This document shows positions 39,494-49,132 of a stretch of 64,000 bases of DNA, in pieces. Position numbers and translations under genes: made by a program. The notes below the pieces were generated by a model that made no database searches, was not told the DNA's origin, and was given only the letters and a program-made list of their open reading frames with translations. Origin of the DNA: Myxococcota bacterium (GTDB lineage Bacteria > Myxococcota_A > UBA9160 > PR03); contig JBFIML010000021.1 in assembly GCA_041611735.1 (NCBI GenBank), positions 1 through 64,000 of the forward strand, given 5' to 3'. Every line of letters starts with the position of its first letter. Positions within the stretch are counted from its first letter, which is position 1.

Positions 39494-40038
39494 CGCGCGC
39501 GCCGGACCACCAGACGCGTCCCGGCCCGCCGGCGGCTGCGCCGAGCCCGGGCCACACCGACCCGCGCCTCGTAGGCGCCAGCGTGCGCGTGGCAGACGGC
39601 CACGGCCAGGGCGTCGGCGGCGTCCTGGGCGGGGGCCTGGGCGAGGCCGAGCAGACGCCGCACCATGGCCTGCACCTGGCGCTTGTCCGCCGCGCCGGTC
39701 CCCACCACGGCCTGCTTCACCTCCCGGGCGCCGTACTCCCGCACGGCGAGGCCCGCCTCGCCCAGCACTGCCAGCAGGGCTCCGCGCGCCTCGCCCAGCA
39801 CGAGCGCCGCGCGCGGGCTCGCCGCCACGAAGACACGCTCGACGGCGGCCACGTCCGGCGCGTGGGCCAGGATGGCCTGGGCGAGGCCCCGCTGGAGCGC
39901 CGCGAGCCGCAGCGCCAGGCTGGCGCCCCGCGGCGGGCGCAGGGTGCCGTGGGCCACGTGCCGGAGCCGACTGCCTTCGCGCTCCAGGACGCCGAAGCCG
40001 GTCACCATCGAGCCCGGATCGATGCCGAGAACCCGCAT
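39490..40038 (-). CDS. ruvC: Crossover junction endodeoxyribonuclease RuvC
   Basis: MRVLGIDPGS, AVERVF, LGEARG, VKQAVVGTGAADKRQV, DAADALAVAVCH. Confidence 0.96.
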   Translation of the reverse strand: MRVLGIDPGSMVTGFGVLEREGSRLRHVAHGTLRPPRGASLALRLAALQRGLAQAILAHAPDVAAVERVFVAASPRAALVLGEARGALLAVLGEAGLAVREYGAREVKQAVVGTGAADKRQVQAMVRRLLGLAQAPAQDAADALAVAVCHAHAGAYEARVGVARARRSRRRAGTRLVVRRAR

Positions 40039-40093
40039 CCCTCCTCCCTCGCGCTCGCAGCCGACTCGCAGAGACCGCCTGGGGGGACGCGGG

Positions 40094-40840
40094 CTAGGCG
40101 AGCTTTCGCATCTCCGCTTCGGAGATGTCGAAGTTCGCATGGACCTTCTGGACGTCGTCCAGGTCCTCGAGGGCGTCGGCCAGAGCCAGCATGGACTCCG
40201 CCTGCTTCCCTTCGAGCTTGACGGTGGTGGTGGCGCGCATGGTGATCTCGGCGCTCGCGGGGGTAAAGCCCCGGGCCAGCAGGGCGTCGCGCACGCGCTC
40301 GAAGTCCGCGGGGTCCGTCGCCACGTCCACACTGCCCTCGGACTCCAACACGTCCTCGGCCCCGGCTTCGACGGCCGCCTCGTAGAGCGCGTCCAGGGCG
40401 AGGCCCTCGGGCTCGAAGGCGATGAGCCCCTTGGTGTCGAACAGGTAGGACACACAGCCGCTGGCGCCCAGGTTGCCGCCGTAGCGCGTCAGCAGGTGGC
40501 GGATCTCGCCGACGGTGCGGTTGCGGTTGTCCGTCAGGGCCTCGATCAGGATGGCGGTCCCGCCCGGTCCGTACCCCTCGTAGGCCACCTCCTCATAGGC
40601 GGCCTCGCCGGAGGCGCCGGTTCCCTTGCGGATGCCGCGCTCGATGGTGTCCTTGGGCAGGTTCGCGGCGCGGCCCTTGTCCACGGCCAGGCGCAGGCGT
40701 GGGTTGGCGTTCGGGTCCCCGCCGCCGAGGCGCGCGGCAGTGGAGATTTCCCGCAGGAGCTTGGTGAAGATCTTGCCCCGGCGGGCGTCCTGGGCGCCCT
40801 TCTTCCGCTTGATCGTGGACCACTTCGAGTGGCCGGACAT
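40094..40840 (-). CDS. yebC: YebC/PmpR family protein
   Basis: [44 protein letters not shown]. Confidence 0.96.
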   Translation of the reverse strand: MSGHSKWSTIKRKKGAQDARRGKIFTKLLREISTAARLGGGDPNANPRLRLAVDKGRAANLPKDTIERGIRKGTGASGEAAYEEVAYEGYGPGGTAILIEALTDNRNRTVGEIRHLLTRYGGNLGASGCVSYLFDTKGLIAFEPEGLALDALYEAAVEAGAEDVLESEGSVDVATDPADFERVRDALLARGFTPASAEITMRATTTVKLEGKQAESMLALADALEDLDDVQKVHANFDISEAEMRKLA

Positions 40841-40862
40841 GGCGACCCCATCGACCGCCGCG

Positions 40863-40892
40863 TGGGTAGCACGGGCGTGCGGCGGGGGTCAA
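40863..40892 (-). promoter_or_regulatory. Candidate sigma70-type promoter of yebC-ruvCAB
   Basis: TTGACC-N18-TACCCA with an extended -10 TG. Confidence 0.4.
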
Positions 40893-40912
40893 CGCGACCG
40901 GCCCGGAAGGGC

Positions 40913-40939
40913 TCAGGGCAAGGCGGGGTTTGCCGATAG
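40913..40939 (+). promoter_or_regulatory. Sigma28/FliA-type promoter upstream of the Hsp70 gene
   Basis: TCAGG-N14-GCCGATAG (one base shorter spacer than the other copies). Confidence 0.55.
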
Positions 40940-41026
40940 GAGGAGGTAGAAGCTTCATGCCCCCGGGGGAGCCGGTCGCGAATTCCTCCGGGAGCAGAGC
41001 CTGGCCGCAAGTCGGGGGCACGTGAG

Positions 41027-42946
41027 ATGGCGGACCTTCCCGTCGGTTCCGATGAGATCGCCATCGGCATCGATCTCGGGACGAGCAACTCCTGCGTGGC
41101 GGTGTTCCGTCACGGACGCCCCGAGGTGCTCCCCAACGACTTCGGAGAGCCGATCGCGGCGAGCTGCGTGTCGTTCCGCGAGGACGGCTCCATCGTCGTG
41201 GGCAATGCGGCCAAGGCCGCCGTGATCCACCACCCCAAGCACACCGTCTACTCCGCCAAGCGCCTGATCGGGCGGTACCACTTCTCCGAGGAAGTCAAGA
41301 AGGCCAAGACGGTCTGTTCCTACGACATCGTCGAGGGCCCGAACCACGGCGTGCGCATCCGGATCCGGGACGAGGCCTTCTCGGTGCCCGAGATCTCCGC
41401 GATGGTGCTGCGCGAGATGAAGAAGGTGGCCGAGTCCCGGCTCGGGCAGCCGGTCTCGAAGGCGGTCATCACCGTTCCCGCCTACTTCAACGACAGCCAA
41501 CGCCAGGCCACCCGCGACGCCGGCCGCATCGCCGGGCTCGAGGTGCTGCGCCTGCTGAACGAGCCCACCGCAGCGGCCCTCTCCTACGGCTTCGGCAAGG
41601 GCCTGCGCCAGAAGGTGGCGGTGTACGACCTCGGTGGCGGCACTTTCGACATCTCGATCCTGGAGATCGGAAAGGACGTCTTCGAGGTGCTCTCCACCTG
41701 CGGCGACACCTATCTCGGCGGCGACGACTTCGACGATCGCCTGCTGGACCTGCTGGCCGACGAGTTCATGGCGCAGGAGAACGTAAACCTGCGCAAAGAC
41801 CTCTTCGCGCTGGAGAAGCTCAAGCTCGCGGCGGAGTCGGCCAAGAAGGGCCTCTCCGTGGACGAGGAGGTGGAGATCCGCATCCCCGACATCGCCACCT
41901 TGTCGGACGGGCACAGCGTCTCGCTGGAACGCCGCCTGAATCGGGCGGAGTACGCCTCGCTCGTCATGGACCTGATCCAGCGCACCTTCAAGGTGTGCGA
42001 CGAGGCGATCCAGCAGGCCAACCTGACCGTCCGCGACCTGGACGGCGTGATCCTCGTCGGCGGGCCCACGCGGCTGTCGCTGGTGCGCGATGCGGTGCGG
42101 GACTACTTCCAGCAGGAGCCGCGCGAGGACGTCGACCCCGACCAGGTGGTGGCGATGGGCGCAGCCCTGCACGCCGGATCGCTGGTCTCGCCGGAACAGG
42201 AGTCGTTCCTGCTCGACGTGACGCCGCTGTCGCTCCGGATCGGAGTGGCGGGAGGCCTGGCGGAGACCGTGATCGATCGCAACACGCCGGTGCCCATCGA
42301 GCAGACGCGCACCTTCACCACGGTTCGGGACTACCAGAAGACGGTCAAGATCCGGGTCTACCAGGGCGAGTCCCGCCGCGCCGAGGACAACGAGCTGCTG
42401 GGCGAGTTCGAGTTCTCGGGCTTCAAGCATGCGCGCCGGGGCGAGGTGCGCATCGACGTCGGCTTCGAGATCAACAGCGACGGAATCGTGAACGTCCTGG
42501 CGCGCGACCCGGACACCGGGCAGAAGGCCTCGACCCGCCTCACCCTCTCCTCGGGTCTGAGCGACGAGGAGATGCGGGCGATCCTGGCGCGCACCCCCTC
42601 GCCGGAGGGAGGGGCCGCGGAGCCGGAGGCCGGGGCCTCCGGCGCTCCGGGTCCGACGGCCCGGGAGCCCGAAGCGGAGGACGACCTGCTGGAGGTCCTG
42701 CCCGAGGACCTGCCCGAGAACCTGCTCGAGGAAGGCGATCTGGGCGGCGATCCGCCCACCCCGGGCGGGGCCGCCGCCGACGACCTGGGTCTCCTCGACG
42801 ACCTCGACCAGGCACCGGGCGCCGGCGATGGGGCCGCGCCGACGGCCCGCGCCGAGGCCAGCAGCGATCCGGAGGATCTGGTCGGCGAGGACGACCTGTT
42901 CGGAACGCCGCCCGCGGACCTCTCGAAGCTCGGGCCCCGCGGATGA
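41027..42946 (+). CDS. Hsp70/DnaK-family chaperone paralog lacking the helical lid, with an acidic C-terminal tail
   Basis: [44 protein letters not shown], linker LLDVTPLSL and the beta substrate-binding domain, then about 115 aa rich in D/E/G/A/P. Confidence 0.93.
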   Translation: MADLPVGSDEIAIGIDLGTSNSCVAVFRHGRPEVLPNDFGEPIAASCVSFREDGSIVVGNAAKAAVIHHPKHTVYSAKRLIGRYHFSEEVKKAKTVCSYDIVEGPNHGVRIRIRDEAFSVPEISAMVLREMKKVAESRLGQPVSKAVITVPAYFNDSQRQATRDAGRIAGLEVLRLLNEPTAAALSYGFGKGLRQKVAVYDLGGGTFDISILEIGKDVFEVLSTCGDTYLGGDDFDDRLLDLLADEFMAQENVNLRKDLFALEKLKLAAESAKKGLSVDEEVEIRIPDIATLSDGHSVSLERRLNRAEYASLVMDLIQRTFKVCDEAIQQANLTVRDLDGVILVGGPTRLSLVRDAVRDYFQQEPREDVDPDQVVAMGAALHAGSLVSPEQESFLLDVTPLSLRIGVAGGLAETVIDRNTPVPIEQTRTFTTVRDYQKTVKIRVYQGESRRAEDNELLGEFEFSGFKHARRGEVRIDVGFEINSDGIVNVLARDPDTGQKASTRLTLSSGLSDEEMRAILARTPSPEGGAAEPEAGASGAPGPTAREPEAEDDLLEVLPEDLPENLLEEGDLGGDPPTPGGAAADDLGLLDDLDQAPGAGDGAAPTARAEASSDPEDLVGEDDLFGTPPADLSKLGPRG

Positions 42947-43515
42947 ACGCAGGCCCTGAACCCGGTCGACGAGGCAGTTCCGTGGCGATGCAGGCTGCAG
43001 CCGAGATCCGAGCCCTGGCCAGGATCCTGGACGAGCTCGACTACTACGAGGTGCTGGAGGTCCGCCCCGAGGCGCCCACCTCCGCCATCCGCGCCGCCTA
43101 CCACAAGACCTCGCGCCGCTTCCACCCCGATGCCAACCGGCACCTGGAGGCCGAGCTGCGCATTCCGGTGGAGCGGATCGCCCGGCGGGTGTGCGAGGCC
43201 TACGCGGTGCTGCGAGACCCTCGCCGCCGGCGCCTCTACGACCAGCGCCTGGCCGAGGACGAGGGCTCCGCGCGCATCCCCCTGGTGGAGGCCGAAGCGG
43301 AGGCGGACCGGAAGGCCCAGGTCGAGCGCAGCGGCCGCACGCCCAACGGGCGGCGCTACTTCGCGCTCGCCACCGGCGACCTGGCTCGCGGTGAACTGAC
43401 CGCCGCCGAACGCAACCTGTGCACGGCGCTCACCTTCGAACCCGCCAATCCCCTGTTCCGCGAACGACTCGATGAGGTGCGCCGGCGCGCCGAGGTGGAG
43501 CGGAAGCGCCGCTGA
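42943..43515 (+). CDS. J-domain co-chaperone with a C-terminal TPR-like segment
   Basis: [34 protein letters not shown] overlaps the Hsp70 stop (alternative ATG at 42988). Confidence 0.88.
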   Translation: MNAGPEPGRRGSSVAMQAAAEIRALARILDELDYYEVLEVRPEAPTSAIRAAYHKTSRRFHPDANRHLEAELRIPVERIARRVCEAYAVLRDPRRRRLYDQRLAEDEGSARIPLVEAEAEADRKAQVERSGRTPNGRRYFALATGDLARGELTAAERNLCTALTFEPANPLFRERLDEVRRRAEVERKRR

Positions 43516-43649
43516 CAGCCGCTCGGCGCCGGAAGCCCCGGCGCGTCACCGGTCGCCTGCGATCTGCGACTTCCTGAAGCTTCCGTCCGACGGCGAGGCG
43601 GATCGCGAGGGCGCCCGCTGCACCGCCTGCCGCGGTCCAGACCCGCGCC

Positions 43650-43678
43650 TTGCCCTGCCCGGAGCGCCTGCCTATTTT
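43650..43678 (+). promoter_or_regulatory. Sigma70-type promoter, probably giving a leaderless mRNA
   Basis: TTGCCC-N17-TATTTT, 7 nt before GTG at 43686, with no SD. Confidence 0.5.
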
Positions 43679-43685
43679 GCGCTCC

Positions 43686-45737
43686 GTGCGCACACTCGCC
43701 CTGGCCCTGGCGACCGGAGCCGGCCTCGCGCTCGCCTGCGGCGACGCGGGCGAGGGCGCGTCGGCGGCGCGGGCGGACGCGGCGCCCGACGTTCAGCGCG
43801 TGGCCGCCCAGCCCGCTCCCCGCCCTCCCCCGCTGCCGGGCTTCTCCGGCATCACCCTGGACGGAAAGCGCTTCGAGGCCTCCTCGCTGCTCGGCCGCCG
43901 GGCCCTGCTCTACTTCTTCAACCCGCAGGTGAAGGAGGCGGCGCTGGGCGCGGCGGCGCTGCGCTCCCTGGCCCCGGCCCGCGCGAGCCACAACTTCGCC
44001 ATCGTGGGCGTGGCGGTGGGCGCCGACCGGGACGCCTCGGCCCGCTTCGCCACGGCCCAGCAGCTCGACTTCCCGGTGGTCCTCGACGGCTCCGGCGAGA
44101 TCGCGCGCCGTCTCGCCCTGCGGGCGCCGGTGACCCTGGTCGTCTCCGACGCCGAGGGCCGCATCGCCTTCGCCCTGGGTGGCCTGCCGCCGGCGGAGGA
44201 TCCCGATGGGGCCGCGGCTTTGGAGCAGACCCTGCGCGAGGCCTTGCGGCTGCCGGCCGCCCACGCCGGCGTGGAGCCCGTCCTCGGGGAGCGGCCCCGG
44301 GCTCCGGACTTCACGGCCGAGCGGATCGACGGCGGCGAGCTCGCACTGGCCAGCCTGCGCGGGAAGCCCCTGGTCCTGATCTTCTTCCTACACACCTGCC
44401 CGCACTGCCACAGCGCCCTCGCCTTCCTGCGCCAGCAGCTGGCGAAGTTTCCCGAGGCGGGGCGTCCCGCGGTGGTCGGCGTCTCCATGGCGAACCAGCC
44501 CCATGCGGTGCGTGCGCGCCTGGCGAGCGACGGGCTCGACTTCCTGCCCGTGGTCCTCGATCCGGAGCATGCGATCCGCCGCGCCTACGGTGTGCTGGCC
44601 GGTGTGCCCGACCTGTTCCTGATCGACGCCGAGGGCTTCGTGGTGGCGCGCAGCCAGGGCTGGCGCGAGGAGCGGGACCCGCCGCTCCTGCGCATGCGCC
44701 TGGCCCGCCTGGCGGGCCAGACTGCTCCGATGCTGCTCCACGCCACGGGCTACAGCGGCAGCGAGTTCTGCGGAGTGTGCCACGAGGCCGAACACGAGAC
44801 CTGGCAGCTCACTGCCCACGCCTCGGCTTTCGACACCCTGGTGCGACACGGTGCCGACTCCAACGCGGAGTGCGTCGGCTGCCACGTGGTGGGCTGGAAG
44901 CAGCCGGGCGGCTTCACCAGCTCCGCGGCCACCCCGGAGCTCGAGGACGTGGGCTGCGAGAGCTGTCACGGACGCGGCGGCCCGCACCTCTCGCCGGGTC
45001 TGGTGCAGGGCGGCAACTACGAGAAGGCCTGTCTCACCTGCCACGATACCAAGCACTCGCTCGGCTTCGAGTACGCACGCTTCCTGCCGCGCGTCTCCCA
45101 CGCGGCGAACGCGGAGCTGGCACGGCTCCCGCTGGCGGAGAAGCGGCGGCTCATGACGGAGCGGGGCCGGCCGCGCGGCGACCTGCTCCCGGCGGCGGCG
45201 GCCCACGTGGGCTCCGAGGCATGCCGTGGCTGCCATGCCGCCGAACACGCCACCTGGTCGCAGAGTCCCCACGCCCGGGCCGTGGCGTCGCTCCAGGAGG
45301 CCGGCAAGGCCGCCGAGACGGCGTGCCTCGCCTGCCACGTCACCGCCTTCGGGCGCCCGGGCGGGTTTCCGAGCGGCGGCCGGGTGGGTGAACACGCCGA
45401 CCTGGCCCGGGTGGGCTGCGAGTCCTGCCACGGGCCGGGCGGCGACCACGTGCCCGAGGACGCGCCGAAACGCGGCACCATCGTATCGCTCGGCGACAAG
45501 TGCGACTCCTGCGTGATCCTCCAGATCTGCGGCAGCTGCCACGACGAGGCCAACGACCCGGGCTTCGAGTTCGATGTGTTGCGCAAGATCGAGGCCCAGC
45601 GGCACGGGACGATCGAGCCGGGGGGCGCACCGGTCCAGGATGCCGCCCGCGGGATCCCGGGGGCGGCCGCGACGGCCCTGCTCGAGGAGATCCTGGCCCG
45701 GGACGCGGCAGATCGGCTGGTGGGAGGGACCCCCTGA
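43686..45737 (+). CDS. Lipoprotein fusing two redoxin (thioredoxin-fold) domains to a multiheme cytochrome c region
   Basis: Lipobox LALAC. Domain 1 is AhpC/TSA-like with no CxxC; domain 2 carries FFLHTCPHCH. These are followed by 8 CxxCH motifs in two c554-like repeats and an extra CDSC. Confidence 0.85.
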   Translation: MRTLALALATGAGLALACGDAGEGASAARADAAPDVQRVAAQPAPRPPPLPGFSGITLDGKRFEASSLLGRRALLYFFNPQVKEAALGAAALRSLAPARASHNFAIVGVAVGADRDASARFATAQQLDFPVVLDGSGEIARRLALRAPVTLVVSDAEGRIAFALGGLPPAEDPDGAAALEQTLREALRLPAAHAGVEPVLGERPRAPDFTAERIDGGELALASLRGKPLVLIFFLHTCPHCHSALAFLRQQLAKFPEAGRPAVVGVSMANQPHAVRARLASDGLDFLPVVLDPEHAIRRAYGVLAGVPDLFLIDAEGFVVARSQGWREERDPPLLRMRLARLAGQTAPMLLHATGYSGSEFCGVCHEAEHETWQLTAHASAFDTLVRHGADSNAECVGCHVVGWKQPGGFTSSAATPELEDVGCESCHGRGGPHLSPGLVQGGNYEKACLTCHDTKHSLGFEYARFLPRVSHAANAELARLPLAEKRRLMTERGRPRGDLLPAAAAHVGSEACRGCHAAEHATWSQSPHARAVASLQEAGKAAETACLACHVTAFGRPGGFPSGGRVGEHADLARVGCESCHGPGGDHVPEDAPKRGTIVSLGDKCDSCVILQICGSCHDEANDPGFEFDVLRKIEAQRHGTIEPGGAPVQDAARGIPGAAATALLEEILARDAADRLVGGTP

Positions 45738-45819
45738 GCCGGCTCTCGTGGCTGCGCCCGGGCAAGCAGGCCGTCCCCAGCCGGGCCGAGAGGAAGAGGG
45801 TGGCCCGGAGGAAGCCGGC

Positions 45820-46605
45820 GTGGAAGGGGCGCTGAGGGAGGAGGCGCGGGCGCTGGTGGCGGCCGCCCGCGAGCTGCTGGCGGAGCTCGTCGAGGAAGGC
45901 TTCGAGCCTGCTCCCCTGCCCGTCGCGGCAGCGACGACCAGCGACCGGGGCGGGAAGGCTCCCCCGGGCGCCGCGGCCCGAGCACAGCTGAGCCTGGTGG
46001 GCGGGGTGGCCAGCGCCGGGGTCCGTTCGACTCTCGAGGAGGTGCGCAAGTCGCTCGGGGACTGTCGGCGTTGCCGGCTCTGCGAGGGCCGCACGCAGAT
46101 CGTGTTCGGAGACGGCGCGCCGGATGCCGGGATCCTCTTCGTGGGCGAGGGACCCGGCGAGCAGGAGGACCGGCAGGGCATTCCCTTCTGCGGGCGGGCC
46201 GGGGAGCTGCTGACCCGCATGATCGAGCGCGGCCTCGGCATCCCGCGCCCCAGCGTCTACATCTGCAACCTGGTGAAGTGCCGCCCGCCGGGCAACCGCA
46301 CGCCCCAGGCGGACGAGGTCGCCACGTGTCGCCCGTTCCTGGACGGACAGATCGACGCAGTGGCACCGCGGGTCATCGTCGCCCTCGGCAAGCCGGCGGC
46401 GAGCCTGCTGCTCGGTCGCGACATCGCCATCACCCGGGTGCGAGGCACGTGGCACGAGTACCGGGGGATCCCGGTCATGCCCACCTTCCACCCGGCGTTC
46501 CTGCTGCGGCAGTACACGCCCGAGAACCGGCGCCTCGTGTGGGAGGACCTGAAGGCGGCCCTGGCCCGCGCGCGTGAGCTCGGGGCGCGCTTCCCGGAAA
46601 GCTAG
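45820..46605 (+). CDS. Uracil-DNA glycosylase family 4 (Fe-S)
   Basis: [48 protein letters not shown] follows GGAGGA. Confidence 0.93.
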   Translation: MEGALREEARALVAAARELLAELVEEGFEPAPLPVAAATTSDRGGKAPPGAAARAQLSLVGGVASAGVRSTLEEVRKSLGDCRRCRLCEGRTQIVFGDGAPDAGILFVGEGPGEQEDRQGIPFCGRAGELLTRMIERGLGIPRPSVYICNLVKCRPPGNRTPQADEVATCRPFLDGQIDAVAPRVIVALGKPAASLLLGRDIAITRVRGTWHEYRGIPVMPTFHPAFLLRQYTPENRRLVWEDLKAALARARELGARFPES

Positions 46606-47165
46606 GGTGTCTCCGGGACGGCCGCGGCCTGCTCGCGCCGGAAGCCCGCCAGGCGCTCGCGCAAGCCCGGGTCCGCGAGCGCCAGGATGGCGGCAGCCAG
46701 GAGCGCAGCGTTCTTGGCGCCGCCGCTGCCCACGGCCAGGGTTCCGACCGGGATGCCGCCGGGCATCTGGACCGTGGCCAGCAGCGCGTCGAGCCCTTGC
46801 AGCGGAGAGCTGTCGATCGGCACCCCGAGCACCGGCAGGAGCGTCCTCGCCGCCGTGACGCCGGCCAGGTGCGCTGCGCCCCCGGCTCCGGCAATGATCA
46901 CCTGGAAACCGCGCGACTCCGCCTCGGCCACGAAGGCCTCGAGGCGGTCGGGCGTCCGGTGGGCCGACAGCACCCGCGCCTCGTGGGGGATCTTGAGACG
47001 CTCCAGGGTCTCCGCCGCCGCCCGCATGACCTCCCAGTCGGAGCGGCTGCCCATCAGGACGGCCACCCGCGGCTGCGGGACGGCCCGCAGGCGGGGCCGC
47101 TCTTCCTTGCGGCCCCGCACCGGCGCCCGTCGAGCTCCGGTACCTCGTGACTTTCGCTGCGCCAA
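46602..47165 (-). CDS. purE: N5-carboxyaminoimidazole ribonucleotide mutase
   Basis: [43 protein letters not shown] start inferred from an AGGAGG SD, which gives a basic N-terminal extension. Confidence 0.95.
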   Translation of the reverse strand: MAQRKSRGTGARRAPVRGRKEERPRLRAVPQPRVAVLMGSRSDWEVMRAAAETLERLKIPHEARVLSAHRTPDRLEAFVAEAESRGFQVIIAGAGGAAHLAGVTAARTLLPVLGVPIDSSPLQGLDALLATVQMPGGIPVGTLAVGSGGAKNAALLAAAILALADPGLRERLAGFRREQAAAVPETP

Positions 47166-47266
47166 ACTGTTCCTCCTCGTGGGCCGGAGCGTAGCCGCGC
47201 CGGGCGCCGCCACCGGGGGATGGCATACTTCGCGCACCGACGCCCCCGGCGCAAGCCCGGAGACCC

Positions 47267-48085
47267 ATGCCGCGCCCCATCTCGTCCCGCACCGCCCTGT
47301 GCGGCATCGTGCTCCACCCCGCCTCCCACACCCGCTCGCCGGCCATGCACAATGCCGCCTTCGAGGCCCTGGGGACCGACGCCGTCTATCTCGCCTTCGA
47401 CGTGGCACCCGAGGCCCTGGGCGACGCCCTCCGGGGGGCGCGTGCCCTCGGGGTGCAGCAGCTCGCCGTCTCGATCCCGCACAAGGTGGCGATCCTGGAC
47501 CTGCTCGACGAGGTGGACGCCGACGCCCGACGCCTGGGCGCCGTGAACACGGTGACCCGCCGCGACGGCCGGCTGGTGGGCTCCAATACCGACTGGCTCG
47601 GCGTGGTGCGCGCCCTCGAGCGGGAGACCCCGTTGGCAGGTCGGCGCGCCGTGGTGCTCGGCGCCGGCGGAACGGCCCGCGCCGCGGTCTTCGGCCTGCT
47701 GGCGCGGGGCGCCCGGGTGACGCTGCTGAACCGCACTCCCGAGCGCGCGCGGGCGGTGGCCGAGCGGCTCGGCGCCGAGGGCTTCGGCTCCCTCGGTGAC
47801 CTGGCGTACACGCCCTGCGACGTCCTGGTCAACACGACCTCGGTCGGGCTCGGGAGCGATGTCTCGCCCGTCGAGGCCGAGGCCATCGCGCCGGGCACCG
47901 TGGTACTGGACGCGGTCTACGAGCCGGAGCAGACGCGCCTGCTCCGGGACGCGGCGGGGCGCGGCGCGCGCGCCATCTCGGGCAAGTGGATGCTCGTGCA
48001 TCAGGCGCTCGAACAGATCCGCTCGTGGACGGGGCGGGAGCCCGCCCCGGAGGTGCTGGCCGAGGCCTTCGACCGGGGGTTCTAG
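47267..48085 (+). CDS. aroE: Shikimate dehydrogenase
   Basis: [52 protein letters not shown]. Confidence 0.92.
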   Translation: MPRPISSRTALCGIVLHPASHTRSPAMHNAAFEALGTDAVYLAFDVAPEALGDALRGARALGVQQLAVSIPHKVAILDLLDEVDADARRLGAVNTVTRRDGRLVGSNTDWLGVVRALERETPLAGRRAVVLGAGGTARAAVFGLLARGARVTLLNRTPERARAVAERLGAEGFGSLGDLAYTPCDVLVNTTSVGLGSDVSPVEAEAIAPGTVVLDAVYEPEQTRLLRDAAGRGARAISGKWMLVHQALEQIRSWTGREPAPEVLAEAFDRGF

Positions 48086-48101
48086 CGCCGGGGCAGGGCG
48101 G

Positions 48102-48455
48102 CTACTCGGAGAAGCCCCACTTCTTCTTGTTCTCCAGCACCTGCTCGGGTGTGGGCTTGGGCTTCTCCGCGACCTCCGGGACCTCGAAATCGTCCTTGAA
48201 CTCCAGGATCTTGGCGTTGATCTCGATGTCCTCCTGGAAGACGTCGGGCACCTGCTCGTCCTCGAAGATGGCCTCCCACGGGCACTCGGGCTCGCACACC
48301 CCGCAGTTGATGCACTCCTCCGGGTCGATGTAGAGCTGGTTGGGGAAGGTCTCGGTGTCCTCGCCCTTGTACTGGTAGATGCAATCCACCGGGCAGACCT
48401 CGACACAGCTCATGTCCACACAATCCCGGCAGAGTTTCGTGATCACCCACGTCAT
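48102..48455 (-). CDS. Dicluster ferredoxin (FdxA-like)
   Basis: [18 protein letters not shown] and [12 protein letters not shown]; acidic. Confidence 0.93.
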   Translation of the reverse strand: MTWVITKLCRDCVDMSCVEVCPVDCIYQYKGEDTETFPNQLYIDPEECINCGVCEPECPWEAIFEDEQVPDVFQEDIEINAKILEFKDDFEVPEVAEKPKPTPEQVLENKKKWGFSE

Positions 48456-48474
48456 CGGCCTCTCCCCCCTCGCC

Positions 48475-48645
48475 TCAGCGGAGCTTGGTCTCTTTGTAGA
48501 GCACGTGTCGGCGAGCCACTGGATCGTACTTCTTCAGCTCCAGCTTGTTCGGGGAATTCTGGCGGTTCTTGACGGTCGTGTAGAAGTGACCGGTCCCGGC
48601 GGTCGACTCCAGCTTGATCCGTTCGCGTTTTCCCTTCTTGGCCAT
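48475..48645 (-). CDS. rpmG: 50S ribosomal protein L33 (cysteine-free type)
   Basis: [27 protein letters not shown]...[25 protein letters not shown]. Confidence 0.96.
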   Translation of the reverse strand: MAKKGKRERIKLESTAGTGHFYTTVKNRQNSPNKLELKKYDPVARRHVLYKETKLR

Positions 48646-48668
48646 GTCTCCACCGCGGATCGGGCCGC

Positions 48669-49001
48669 TCAGCCGGCGGCCGGCTCCGGAACCGGGTTGC
48701 CACTCTTCGCGAACACGCGGACCCGACGGCCCTCGCGCACCTCGACCCGCACGCGGCTCGCGCCGCCCGTGGACGGATCGACGAGCATCACGTTCGAGGC
48801 GTCCACGAAGCCTTCCTGCTCCACGATGCCGCCGGTTCGCACGCCGCGACGGCCCGCGCGCAGGTGGCGCTTCTGCAGCCGCACCTTCTCGACGCGCACT
48901 CGCCCGGCGGCGAGATCCACCGCCAGCACGCGGCCCTGCTTGCCGCGCTCGGCGCCCTTGACCACCTGGACCAGGTCCCCCTTGCGGAGGCAAAGACTCA
49001 T
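48669..49001 (-). CDS. rplX: 50S ribosomal protein L24
   Basis: [21 protein letters not shown] (KOW), [30 protein letters not shown]. Confidence 0.93.
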   Translation of the reverse strand: MSLCLRKGDLVQVVKGAERGKQGRVLAVDLAAGRVRVEKVRLQKRHLRAGRRGVRTGGIVEQEGFVDASNVMLVDPSTGGASRVRVEVREGRRVRVFAKSGNPVPEPAAG

Positions 49002-49132
49002 CCCGCTCTCCCGTGTCCGCCCGCGCCCGACTGGGAACGGAGGAATACCGATGCTGCACGAAAGCCCGGGCGTCAAGGCGCCCCGCGGGGGCTTCCGTGG
49101 GGCACGGCACCCGCGTGATACCCTCTGCGGCC

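Noticed and set aside
40955-42430. 491-aa ORF antisense to the Hsp70 gene
   Set aside because: Well-known shadow ORF opposite dnaK-like genes (often mis-annotated as NAD-specific glutamate dehydrogenase). It arises from codon bias.
43516-43649. Spacer after the J-protein gene as a possible small RNA or small ORF
   Set aside because: No recognisable RNA family, terminator or convincing coding signal.
45762-45792. Possible sixth sigma28-like site before the UDG gene (GCAGG-N14-GCCGAGAG)
   Set aside because: Mismatches in both boxes; too weak to count without a PWM.
49040-49076. TTGACG as the -35 of the rplX promoter
   Set aside because: No acceptable -10 at 16-18 nt spacing.
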